Source: a virus (lineage: Duplodnaviria; Caudoviricetes). From it: a stretch of DNA of 49,479 nt. Shown here in pieces: positions 28,628 through 39,700 of the stretch. The notes beneath the pieces are model-generated. The model made no database searches, was not told the origin of the DNA, and saw only the letters and a list, made by a program, of their open reading frames with translations. The position numbers were made by a program, and so were the translations under genes. The stretch spans positions 1 through 49,479 of the IMG/VR virus record IMGVR_UViG_3300034521_000398; one strand, written 5' to 3'. Within the stretch, counting starts at the first letter, position 1. Each line of letters begins with the position of its first letter.

Positions 28628-29050
28628 ATGGGATACAAAGACACAGAATTTGAATACCGCTATCAAAGGGATACCGAGTTAATCAAAGCATACAATACTG
28701 TGCTTTCAGACATAAGACCTCCCTTTACCATGTGCGACGTTTTAGCACGTGCGGTGAAACTTCCCTGTTCACGTTTCTGGGTTTCTGAGACTAGAGCAAA
28801 AACTGTAATAGCTAGAATGAAGCATGGATACGATCTTTCAGACATGAAACCGAACAAAAGGAAGATGTTTCAAGAGATATACAGAAGAGTAGAAGAACAG
28901 GAGAAACTTGGTCCTGTGGAAATGGTAGACATACTAGAATCTGGTGCTCCCGAATTCTATCTAACTACAGAATCCGCCAAGGTGATAATCCATTACGCTA
29001 AAAAGAGATGGTTAGACAAAAAATTAAAGCAGCTTCGGTTCTATTGGTAG
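28628..29050 (+). CDS. Hypothetical basic protein (candidate regulator)
   Basis: ATG at 28628; two internal P.xFWVS/PEFYLT repeats. Confidence 0.6.
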   Translation: MGYKDTEFEYRYQRDTELIKAYNTVLSDIRPPFTMCDVLARAVKLPCSRFWVSETRAKTVIARMKHGYDLSDMKPNKRKMFQEIYRRVEEQEKLGPVEMVDILESGAPEFYLTTESAKVIIHYAKKRWLDKKLKQLRFYW

Positions 29051-29463
29051 GTTATTTCATACCTTTTAGTATCTCACCTTATATGCATCTATATTATATG
29101 TTCATGCACGCATCCTTACTACACTTAGTGATTAACATGTATGCGGTGTTCCTATGCACTAAGGAGCGGACCAACTTATTACACGTTTACATATTAGGAG
29201 TGATAGCCTCTTTATTATCCCAATCAGACAAACCGACAGTAGGAGCTTCCGGGCTTGTTTATATCATGCTTGGTATGAACGTATTCGGAGCGTGGAGATC
29301 GTTTTTTATAGGAGCTGCATTCACTATATTTTCATGCTTCATGCCAGGAGTCAATTATAAGATTCACGTTATATCATTCATTTTCGGGCTAATATATTCA
29401 GCCATAGAAAGAGAATATAAATCATACAATGAGAAGAGAGAGTATATTAAAGGAAAACGATAA
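29008..29463 (+). CDS. Rhomboid-family intramembrane serine protease
   Basis: FMHASLLHLVIN, VGASG (catalytic Ser), VNYKIHVISFIFG (catalytic His); about 5-6 hydrophobic segments. Confidence 0.85.
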   Translation: MVRQKIKAASVLLVGYFIPFSISPYMHLYYMFMHASLLHLVINMYAVFLCTKERTNLLHVYILGVIASLLSQSDKPTVGASGLVYIMLGMNVFGAWRSFFIGAAFTIFSCFMPGVNYKIHVISFIFGLIYSAIEREYKSYNEKREYIKGKR

Positions 29464-31495
29464 TAGGAACAAGGAGATTAACGCTCTATTTGATCCTCTT
29501 ACGGGAGAAGGTGCTATCTTAGATAGATTCACCCTCTCTCTTCCTGATTTTTATATTCCAAAACAATACATACCGGTACAGATGAAGAATGTACCTTTAA
29601 TCAAAAAACTAATCAAACACAAAACAATAAAAGACTTTTTGATAAACGAGTTCGGATATTACGATGAGAATAATAAACTTGAGGTAGAAAAAGGACTTAT
29701 AAAAGCAAGAGTTAAGCACGACTTTTGTTTCTGGGCATTTTTCGCAGCAAAGATTAAAAATAAAAAAGGAGGGAAAAACATCCCATTTAAACTCAACAAA
29801 CCACAGATAAAGCTTCTCAAGGTCTTAGAAAGAATGAGGCTAGAGTGCAAGCCGATAAGAATAATCCTACTAAAAGCAAGACAGTGGGGAGGATCAACAC
29901 TCATTCAGTTATATATAGCATGGATTCAGCTAGTTCACAAAGAAGGGTTTTATTCTGCTATTATCGCTCAAGACTCCGGCACATCACGTAAGATTAGAGC
30001 GATGTACACTAAGATGCTTATGGATTACCCGCCATTCCTGCTTGATGGAACGGATAACAGTCCATTAGAGCTAAAGCCATATGAGGGTTCTCACAACGAC
30101 ACTATTGTTACCCAAAAAGGCAAGATAGTAAGAGATACCGTTATATGTATCGGAACAGCCGAACGACCTGATTCTATCCGTGGTGGTGATATATCAGAAT
30201 CCCACATGTCTGAGGTTGCATTTTGGAAAGCGACAGACGGGAAGACACCGGAAGATATTATTCGCTCCATATCTTCATCAATACTACTTGAAGAGTTGAC
30301 TCTTGATGCAATAGAATCAACACCAAACGGAACGGGGAACTTCTTCCACAAAGAATGGCTGGCCGCCAAGAATGGAGAATCAGAAAGAGAGCCCGTATTT
30401 GTTGCGTGGTATGAAATCCCGATGTACTCTAAACCTTTCAAGACCAAAGAAGAAAAAGAATCTTTTGCCGATTGGATTATAGACAACAGAAACGGTACCT
30501 ATTCAACAGATAGGAGCGAACCAGGGACGTACTATTGGTACCTATGGAATCTAGGAGCTACTCTTGAAGCAATTAATTGGTACATAACAAAAAGAAAAGG
30601 ATACAACTCGCACGCAGATATGGCAGCCGAGTTCCCTAGTGACGATATAGAAGCGTTCAAGCACTCGGGCAAGATGGTGTTTGATAGAGTTAAGCTCGAA
30701 GAATTAAGAAAGTCCACTAGAAAACCTCAATACATAGGTGATGTTATCGCAGACGGATATGAGGGAAGAAACGCCATTAAGAATGTTCGATTCACGCAAG
30801 ATACACAAGGATGTTTGTCCGTATGGGCTCTTCCCGAAGAATACATAAAAAACAGATATGCTGTCATTGTTGATGTGGGAGGACGGTCAAAGGGAGCGGA
30901 CTTCTCCGACATCCTAGTGATAGACCGATACTGGATGATGGAAGGCGATAAACCCGAAGTAGTGGCTGAATGGCATGGTCATATAGACCACGACTTATTA
31001 GCATGGAAAGCTGCACAAATAGCTACCCTGTATCACAATGCACTATTAGTTATCGAGTCTAACACACTAGAAACAAAAGACAAAGAGCGTGATACAGACG
31101 GGAATCATACCGAGTTTATACTTAATCAGATTGGAAGTGTATATGATAACCTATATGCTAGAAAACAATCAGAAGAGGATATAATTGCAGGCGTACCTAG
31201 AAAATATGGATTCCACACTAATACGGCCACTAAGCCTATGATTATAGACCACTTAATTAAGATGGTAAGGCTACAGGCATGGGTAGAAAGATGCAGCGAG
31301 GCTATAGACGAATTTGGCGTTTACGAGAAGAAACAGAACGGATCATTTGGTGCGATACCCGGAGAACATGATGATAGATTAATGACAAGAGCTATCGGAC
31401 TGTTTATCGTTTATTGCGAGATGGAACTTCCGAAAATTATAGAAAAAATTAATAAACCACGCGCAAGCCGGCCGGCAAGTGCGGCAACAATTTAG
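29429..31495 (+). CDS. terL: Terminase large subunit
   Basis: LLKARQWGGST, HMSEVAFW, IESTPNG, IVDVGG, LVIESN, HDDRLM. Confidence 0.92.
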   Translation: MRRESILKENDNRNKEINALFDPLTGEGAILDRFTLSLPDFYIPKQYIPVQMKNVPLIKKLIKHKTIKDFLINEFGYYDENNKLEVEKGLIKARVKHDFCFWAFFAAKIKNKKGGKNIPFKLNKPQIKLLKVLERMRLECKPIRIILLKARQWGGSTLIQLYIAWIQLVHKEGFYSAIIAQDSGTSRKIRAMYTKMLMDYPPFLLDGTDNSPLELKPYEGSHNDTIVTQKGKIVRDTVICIGTAERPDSIRGGDISESHMSEVAFWKATDGKTPEDIIRSISSSILLEELTLDAIESTPNGTGNFFHKEWLAAKNGESEREPVFVAWYEIPMYSKPFKTKEEKESFADWIIDNRNGTYSTDRSEPGTYYWYLWNLGATLEAINWYITKRKGYNSHADMAAEFPSDDIEAFKHSGKMVFDRVKLEELRKSTRKPQYIGDVIADGYEGRNAIKNVRFTQDTQGCLSVWALPEEYIKNRYAVIVDVGGRSKGADFSDILVIDRYWMMEGDKPEVVAEWHGHIDHDLLAWKAAQIATLYHNALLVIESNTLETKDKERDTDGNHTEFILNQIGSVYDNLYARKQSEEDIIAGVPRKYGFHTNTATKPMIIDHLIKMVRLQAWVERCSEAIDEFGVYEKKQNGSFGAIPGEHDDRLMTRAIGLFIVYCEMELPKIIEKINKPRASRPASAATI

Positions 31496-31498
31496 ATT

Positions 31499-31813
31499 AT
31501 GAGATACTTTAAAATGAAAATCGCAGAATTGCAATTATGGTATGCTAAACGAAAAGCGGACGAACTTCACGAAAAGTACAAAGAACGGTTTTTCGTGGTA
31601 CCTGACGAAAAAGACAGGTTGATAATAATTAATCGGAAGAGTTTCCGCAACTATAAACGAAGAGGACAGATAAACAGAAATGCACGTATGTTGCACATCA
31701 TAAAAGAGTGTTTCTACATGACGCCAACAAGAGATAACATCCCAGTAGAGGATTACGTTATTAAAAGAAAGAAGCTCATGTGGATTGAGTACAAATTAAA
31801 AGGGAAGCACTAA
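31499..31813 (+). CDS. Hypothetical basic protein
   Basis: 3 nt after the terL stop. Confidence 0.6.
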   Translation: MRYFKMKIAELQLWYAKRKADELHEKYKERFFVVPDEKDRLIIINRKSFRNYKRRGQINRNARMLHIIKECFYMTPTRDNIPVEDYVIKRKKLMWIEYKLKGKH

Positions 31814-31827
31814 GCTCCCCTTTTTTT
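31798..31827. terminator. Terminator between convergent genes
   Basis: AAAAGGGAAGC-ACTAA-GCTCCCCTTTTTT. Confidence 0.65.
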
Positions 31828-33700
31828 ATTGCATCGGAATAGGAGGTAGCGCATCAGGTACTTCTCCTTTCTCTAGCTTTTCTCGCTGTGTCTGTAAACT
31901 CTGGAGTAATGTATCTGCAAACGGGAAGTCTCCATGCTGTAGAAGCTGCTCGATAGATATCTGCCCCTGTCTCCATATCTCCATCAAGAAATCATTCGCT
32001 ATCTGACGATAAACAGGAGTAGAGGTTGACTGAACCACGCTCAAATCAAATTCAACGTCGGATATCTTCTCCGGATCGTACTCGATTAATGTACTAGCTT
32101 TATTCCCAACGATATTAATCACTCTCTTATCATCATAGAATTGCTGTATATTCTTCACTTTCTTGTAAGCCGCATCTACTATGAAGCTATCAAACGTCTC
32201 TAGTAAGTCAAGCAGTGAAGAGCTTGCATTTTGCATCTGTTGAGAATATAAAGCGGCACTCATTCCAGAATACCCGGGCTTTCCTTGAAGAGCTCCCGTT
32301 ACACCTGTAACGTCCTCCATCATATTCATTTGGAGTTGAAGCATTTCGTGAATACCTATATTAGTAGAGTTTGTAGATACCTGCTTTGGAAGCTCGACAC
32401 CCGGCTTGGATTTAATAGCGATAACTCCATTAAACCTAGTCCATTCCTCTGCAATGTCCTCAATAGACAAGTTATCTGGAATAAGTTCCTCGGGGAAGAG
32501 TAACACACCCTTAGATGATGACCTTATTATCCAATCATTCATCATGATAAGTCTATTCACATACTTCTGTTGGTCTATAGCATCCGCTACAAACGAATGA
32601 ATCTCCCCATCGAGGAAAGGATATAATTTAATCGTGTATGGGTGAGACTTATGCTTAAATGGTGTTTCTCCCTCAGATAGAATATCTCCGAATGGGGTGA
32701 GGAATCTATAATACCAATAGGAATCCATAAACCACTCGTACTCTATAAGAGGTATATCATCCTCTTCCATTCCGGCCTCTAATCCTTGTTGGATACGTGA
32801 CCTGTTTTCTAGCTTAATATTATTCTCGTTATCGACTTCGTCCTTGTAGAAATCTCCGTTGAGATAATCATGGCACCTGAACCTAGGTTTTTGTTCGATT
32901 CTCCACACCTCGATAACCCTGCACATATTAGTATTGTAAGGCGAAAAGAAATCTATGTTCTTTAGGTCTGAATACCCAAACTTACTTAAGTACCCTGACA
33001 TATATTCCCTATGACAAGCATTAGAATAAATCTGTCTAAGCTTACTAACATCAAATGGTGATTTTGCAAACTTAGAACATAAATCTTCAAAAGTCAAATC
33101 GTGTATCTCACCTATAAGAGAGCAATCCCAATGACGAATATCACGCATGTTGCTATCCACAAAGAAGTTATTGAGAGAAACCATATCAGTCCACGTATCC
33201 ATCTTATCATTTCGCCATCCATAACTCTCTTTCTGAACAGCCGCTCCCGATATTAAGAACTCTTCAAATGTACGCCCATTAACCTCATTCATGCGGTTTA
33301 CCTGATAATTACACTGTAAAGCTACCGACATCGTTTCTCCTAGAGATTGTTCATCTCTGTCTCTGGCTACACAGGTAGGTTCTTTAGACTGTGAGCGATA
33401 AGTTCCCATCACAGTCCTTACAAGCCTCCTTATCAAGTTGTTTTTCAGTGGGATTCCTCCCTCTGATATGATGTAATCCTCTTCCTTTACGGTTTTATCT
33501 CCGTACTTTACTAAATCAGACCACTGATCTCCATAGCAGAACTTTTTGGACCGCTCTCTGTCTTTTCTGAATTGATCCATGTTAGACCACGCATATTGGG
33601 CTTGGAGAAGAACGTCAAACATTCGCTCTTCTGTATACTCTTTCTGAGTTCTTACGGAATCCAGATTAGATATTTTGCTTTTTCTGATAAGTTTTCTCAT
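31826..33700 (-). CDS. Portal protein (P22-like)
   Basis: FCYGDQW...NLIRRLV...DQQKYVN...EDVTGVTGALQG. Confidence 0.85.
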   Translation of the reverse strand: MRKLIRKSKISNLDSVRTQKEYTEERMFDVLLQAQYAWSNMDQFRKDRERSKKFCYGDQWSDLVKYGDKTVKEEDYIISEGGIPLKNNLIRRLVRTVMGTYRSQSKEPTCVARDRDEQSLGETMSVALQCNYQVNRMNEVNGRTFEEFLISGAAVQKESYGWRNDKMDTWTDMVSLNNFFVDSNMRDIRHWDCSLIGEIHDLTFEDLCSKFAKSPFDVSKLRQIYSNACHREYMSGYLSKFGYSDLKNIDFFSPYNTNMCRVIEVWRIEQKPRFRCHDYLNGDFYKDEVDNENNIKLENRSRIQQGLEAGMEEDDIPLIEYEWFMDSYWYYRFLTPFGDILSEGETPFKHKSHPYTIKLYPFLDGEIHSFVADAIDQQKYVNRLIMMNDWIIRSSSKGVLLFPEELIPDNLSIEDIAEEWTRFNGVIAIKSKPGVELPKQVSTNSTNIGIHEMLQLQMNMMEDVTGVTGALQGKPGYSGMSAALYSQQMQNASSSLLDLLETFDSFIVDAAYKKVKNIQQFYDDKRVINIVGNKASTLIEYDPEKISDVEFDLSVVQSTSTPVYRQIANDFLMEIWRQGQISIEQLLQHGDFPFADTLLQSLQTQREKLEKGEVPDALPPIPMQ

Positions 33701-33742
33701 AACGTAAAATTACTTAGCTTTTTATATTACCCTTTGTATATA

Positions 33743-36700
33743 TTACTCTATCGCATCTAAAGCTTCAACCAATTGAGTCTTAATAAGATTAAGAGTGTTA
33801 TTCAAAGAGGCCTTTTCTTCACCGTCTGCGGTTTTTAATTCGTCATAGAGATAATCAATCTCTTTCTGATATTCTTTAAATACCTCATAACGCTTGTATT
33901 CGGGTGAATTATAGAGCTTATTTGCTTTCTCGGCAAACCCAAACACTCCTTTATACGCTTCTTTTTCGTACCCTTTTAATCGTTGATTGGTCAGATCGTA
34001 TTCTTTACGATAATTGTTATAGGAATTTCCAACCCTAGAGAATGCATTTTTTTCGTCAGTCTCTGATAAGAACCTATTAACAACGGGAACATTCCGCATG
34101 ACACGCTGATCTTCATCCCAAATCATAGAGATTGTTTTCCATGTCTGATTAAGAGTCTTACCCATTCCACCCAGATAGCCCTCCACTAGATGTTCTGCTA
34201 TTGACGGATTAAGGTTTATAGATCCTTTGGTATACTTATCTCCTCCTGTAATCTCATTCAGAAATTCAGCCGATTCCACAAGTTGTTTATTGGTACCTTT
34301 GAACGCTTTGGTATATTCAGGCATATCCTCATTGAATGGAGTTTTCTTGTAAATTGGTTTACCAAAAAAGTCCTCATTGGTATAAGACTGGACAATCGGT
34401 TTTGCTACATCAGGCCACATAGTAGTCATTATATCACCATCATTAGACAGTGGATCTATTGGCAGTAGTTCAGTAATCTGACTTACCATTCTTAAACCAA
34501 CATTCTCACCTTTCATCTTTCCACCTGACCATTGTGTAAACATCTCACCCATTCCGTAGAAAGCTCTTAGCTCTATAGGTAGTGGTATGGTTAGGAATCT
34601 GTCACCGCCTAACCATAGACAGAAGTTATTTTTTCTAACCCACTCAGGAAGATTATCATAAGAATCATCATCACCTCCAAACATGTTCATCAACATTTGA
34701 TTCATAAGAGGAATAAGTATTCCAGCAGAAACAAAACCACCAACAACACCGCTAAACTTAATAGGATTATTCTTCCCTAACCTATAGAAATTATTCAAGG
34801 ACTGAACAGCGGCATTAAAGAATAAATACAATGCTTTTAGTGTGGTAGCGCCATTGCCACCTGCGCCCTTTTTATTGAAGTTAACAGTAACCTCTTTAGC
34901 GTCATTGATAGACTGAGTAACACTTCTTCCCATTTCACGAGAAGTAAGATAAGTGTTGAACCTAGATATGTCCTCTGCACACTTATTACTGAATTCAATA
35001 AAGCTAGCTAAACCTTTAAAAGCGGGAACGATACCTAGCGTAGTAGGAGTTGTCACCTTTCCTGGCTTCAATCCAATGATCCTACCAATATCCACTTTCC
35101 CATCTAATTTTAAAAGGTCTTTTTCGATTAACTTTTTGTACTCATCGACAGATGTTAACATGGAATATCCCGTTTCTCCTCCGTTTTCTAGGAATTCTTT
35201 GAAATATTTATCCATTCCAAAGTCTTTAAGCTCACCTTTATACCTCCTCCTCATAAGACCGGCTATGTTAGCCGTTGTTCTCGGAAGATTAGATGTGAAT
35301 CTCTTAGAGTATTTCCCATCTTCCTTGATTAGAACAGCAGAAGAAGAGAATATTAAATCTCGTGATAAGTTACTTATCACAAAAGCAGGGTTCCTCGTTG
35401 TGAAGTTGGCTGATAGCTGCCTATTCGCCCATCCTATCCACTCTATCAATTTATGATTTACCGCATCAGGGTTTGTAAGACCGTTAACAGCCTGAGCAGC
35501 TCTAGGATTGCCATTGACAAAAACAACCTGCTCTTTGCCATTCCTTTTAACAACAACAGCATGCTGTCTCTTTTCCCTGTCATTTGCTCTATAAGAGATA
35601 TTAAGACCTTTCTTGTCTTTCTTCGCACGACCCTCTTTTTGGAGTTCACGCATTAGATTGTAGTGAGCTTCGACAGCCTCGCTAACTTCTTCTGCAGTGG
35701 CACCTTCTGGAATGTCTGGGAGAGACTCCACCCAGTCAGGTGCTTTGTCCGTACCATTATTAACGTACCACATCTCCTTAACGGTTAACAATGGCGTTTT
35801 ATGATTCAATGCCATGTTGAGGAACTTCTGTTTCATGAGATTCCTATTCCCTTGCAGTATGGCGCTTTCAGCCATATTAGCTATAGTGGCTATAGGATCA
35901 TCAGATACAGACAAACGCCCTTTAGCCGTCACAATGGGAGCATTAAATACCGGTCTGTCAAGTTCTATGTAGTCGTAAACATCGGCTGCGGTATCTTCTT
36001 TCCATCCTCTAAGCGGAACATAGTATGAGAACATCTCTTTTATGTTATCATAGTTATCCTTACTCATTAAGCCGGATGTATATGTTTTACGAAGTGTCTC
36101 TTTTGTTGCGTTATTAATCTTATCCCATAAATCAGACGTATTAACATCAGCCTCAAATGACTCTACAAACGCTTTAGCTTTATTCTCAAAGTCTTCTTTA
36201 TAGAGAGATGACAATCCGGAATAATCCGTTCCCAACTTCTCTTCAAGATATGTTTCATAAGCTTTACTTTCTTTTTCGTCCAACTCTATCATCTTAGCAT
36301 CATACGCTTCTTTATCAATAAGATTCTTATATAACGCAAACTCTAGGTTAGATCTTTCTATCTTGGTATCTTCTTTGGCTTCATTTCTAGCATCTCTTTG
36401 AGCGAATACAACATTTCTCTCCAATCCATGCTTAGATATGAGATACTGGTTGAATTCTTCACGTGATTTAACCTTTAATATCTTAGACATCTCCTTGACT
36501 ATCGGAGTAAAGAAGTTAGTGTGATAAAACTCTGCTTCGTAGGCGTTCTTAGATGATAATTGATTTTCATGAATATACGCGTTCTCGAAGTCTTCTATCT
36601 TACCCGTATCTTTCTCTATTGACTCTTGCAGTTTCTTAAGCCCCAACATGCTGTCTTGATAGGACTCCTGAAACTTGTATAGAGAACCTTTGAACTTATC

Positions 36701-39700
36701 GTCATAATTCTCACCGTCCCTAAACCTTATGTCAGGATTGTTGGGATCAAAACTTCCCACGTTGTCAGTAGCTGACTTAATCTGATTAGGCTCAAAAACT
36801 ACAACCATTTTAGAAGAACCATCATTGATAATTGCTCCATCAGTTTTTTTATCCTCAATCTCATCAAGCATAAAAGACTGGTAATTATCCCAAAACTCAA
36901 TAGAATCCATTTTTTTTAAGGCATTCCCCAAACCATTCTTTACAGCCCATCTATTGTCAGCCATTATCGGCTTTCTTATATTCAAAAATACAGGAATTAT
37001 GGCTCCCTTAACTGCAGAATCAAATTCTGAAGTGGAATAGTCCTTGGCAATACTCTCTTTATCCGTAAAAAAGAATCCCGATTCATCGTAAGAATATCGA
37101 CTTCCAATCATATCCTTTCTGAACCGTTCTATACTTTTGGAAAGCGTACCATGATAAACCACCAAAGGCTCTCCATTCTTATCCACCACTTTAGAAGCCT
37201 CCTCTGGATTATTTTGCCAATCTCCAAACCAATCCTTAAACTCCTGAGTACGCACTTGCGCCCATTGTTTTTCGGTTAGCTTAGTAGGTTCACCGTTGGG
37301 AGCTTTCATGTACGTTCCATCCTGCTTTGCGTTTCTAATGATTGCTTCCACGCTGTTTTCATCACGGAACATTTTGTCTTTCATTAACTCATTTGCGGCA
37401 TTCCTGAATACAGAGTTCTTTTCCAGATTATTCTTGCTAGTCCACAATATGTACTTAACATCGTTATCGCTTAATTCGACATCCATGTATTTACGCAGGA
37501 ACTCTCTGACAACTGCTTTTATCTTACCAAAGAACGATGGAGTTTCGTCCATTTCAGCTATCCTTGCTAAGTACTCCTCTACATCTGTATTATCCTTCAT
37601 ATCCTTGCTGACATCGGCAGGAAGTTGCTTTTTAACCTTATCAAGGAAAGAATCAAAACCTTCTCCCATTAAAGACCTAAGACCCTTGTGTCCTACCACT
37701 TCATGCAAGAATGTGCGTTTAGCATCATTTACACTTGTTGCGTTTGATGTGATTATAACAACCTCCCCGGATGATACATCATACCATCCTTTTGAATTCT
37801 TCATTCGTTTTTCCATTGATTTGTTATCGTTGGAAACATCTTCTGAATTAATCATTTTAACGGGAACTCCCATCTTTTCAGATAGAGATTGAAGCGTATC
37901 CCTTATTTCTTCATTAGGAGAAACGGAAAAACTTGAATCTTCCCTAAATCTTATATCTGAGCTTCTGAAGTTAAACCTTTTAGAAGGCAATATGATATTA
38001 CCATCATCATCACGAGTTATTAGATCATTGAGTTTTCTATTATTTTTAGTGTTTCTATATTTATAATCATTTTTGTCATCATATCCCCATTCATTAATAT
38101 CGTTTCCATCCCAATATAGGTTTTCGGCTGGAACTTTATCTTCCATTATCTTATAATCGCCATCAATATTCCCTTTCCCGTGCATCTCTGCATATGATCT
38201 TGATAATGTTATCCAATCTCCGTTTCTGACATTACCTTCTTTGATATTTTTAGGAACTGCTCTATAAATGGTAACAGTAGGTTTTTCTCCACGTTTGATA
38301 GCGGATAAAGCCTCTTTTATAGATGAAATACTTTCCTCTCTTTCCTTTGTGCGATTCATTTTAAACTGCTCTTCCATGGATAGCATTACATTATCTTTGT
38401 TTTGAGCTATGTCAACCATATTCTTGTCAATACCATCTTCGTCAAAAGACGGTGCACGGTGTGACATTCTAAAATCGTCAGTTAATATATATCCGTTTCT
38501 TCTAGCAACTTCATTGATAATATCACGTGCCCTTTCTTGATTATTCTCCAAAGATTTTATATATTCAGCATCCAATTCATTATCAGTCATGACTTCGAAT
38601 TCTTTTAACCGATTCCTTTCAGCATCCAATTCTTCTTGAATGCGTTTTTGCGCAGCCTCCATAATACCTCGTTCCTCCATAGTTCGCTGCACGTATTCTT
38701 CAGTGAGCTTATCTACACTTCCAAACCTCTCATATAAATCTGATTTAACTGGTCTGAATATTTTATTCAGCGCGCTAAGACCTTTATCCGAAAAAGGATC
38801 ATCTGATTCCATATTGTTTAAAAGTATCTGTCTCCTTATCTCATGCAATGCCCTATGAGCACCTCCTGTTTTTCCCATTTTCATCGATTCAGCATAGAGC
38901 TTAACAAATTTTTCATCCAATCCGTATTTATTAGCAAAAGATGAAACTTCATCATCTGAATTCCTGAATCTTACATCCGTAAATGGAACAGAAACAACAT
39001 CTCCGTTCTCTAACCTAAAATGGTGATACTCCTGATTGCTTCCTGAATATTTATGTCCAGCAAAAGGTAACATCCCATTTTCCAAGGCATGCTTTGCACC
39101 AGAAGAGGCAGCTACTACTTCTCCCCCGAAATATTCTTTTAGTTCGTCAAGAATCCTAGACGGATCGGATGTGTTTTCTGTGTTATCAGAAAGGTAGTCA
39201 TATATTTCATCTTGATTAATTTCACGCTCAAATTTCCCGTCTCTGAATCTAACATCAGAATCTCCAACAAGTTCTATCTTCAAAGGACTTACAACCTCAT
39301 AGATACCATTATCGTTAAGCTTTATTCTCCCTTTCTCAATAACCTTGTAGTTTTTAGCGTCAGCTAATGGAATTCTACCTTTAATATCCACAACATCATC
39401 AACACCGTCTAAGCTCTTGATTCTATTCAAGGAAGATATTGTAAATGTTCCATTACCATTATCTTCTATTTCAGCATCAAAAACTCTAACGTCTTTATCG
39501 TTTGTTTGATTATGAAGATACTTATCCGCATTTAAACCAAACGATACTTTATTGACTTTCTTGGGAATACTTTTATATTCGGAGAAAGGTTTTGTTTTTC
39601 GCTTAGAACTTTCAACCCATTTATTGAAGTCCTCAACCGGAACACCGGTTATATTACCCAATCCTTGCCATCCATCCTCGTAGTTAGACAGATAAGCATC

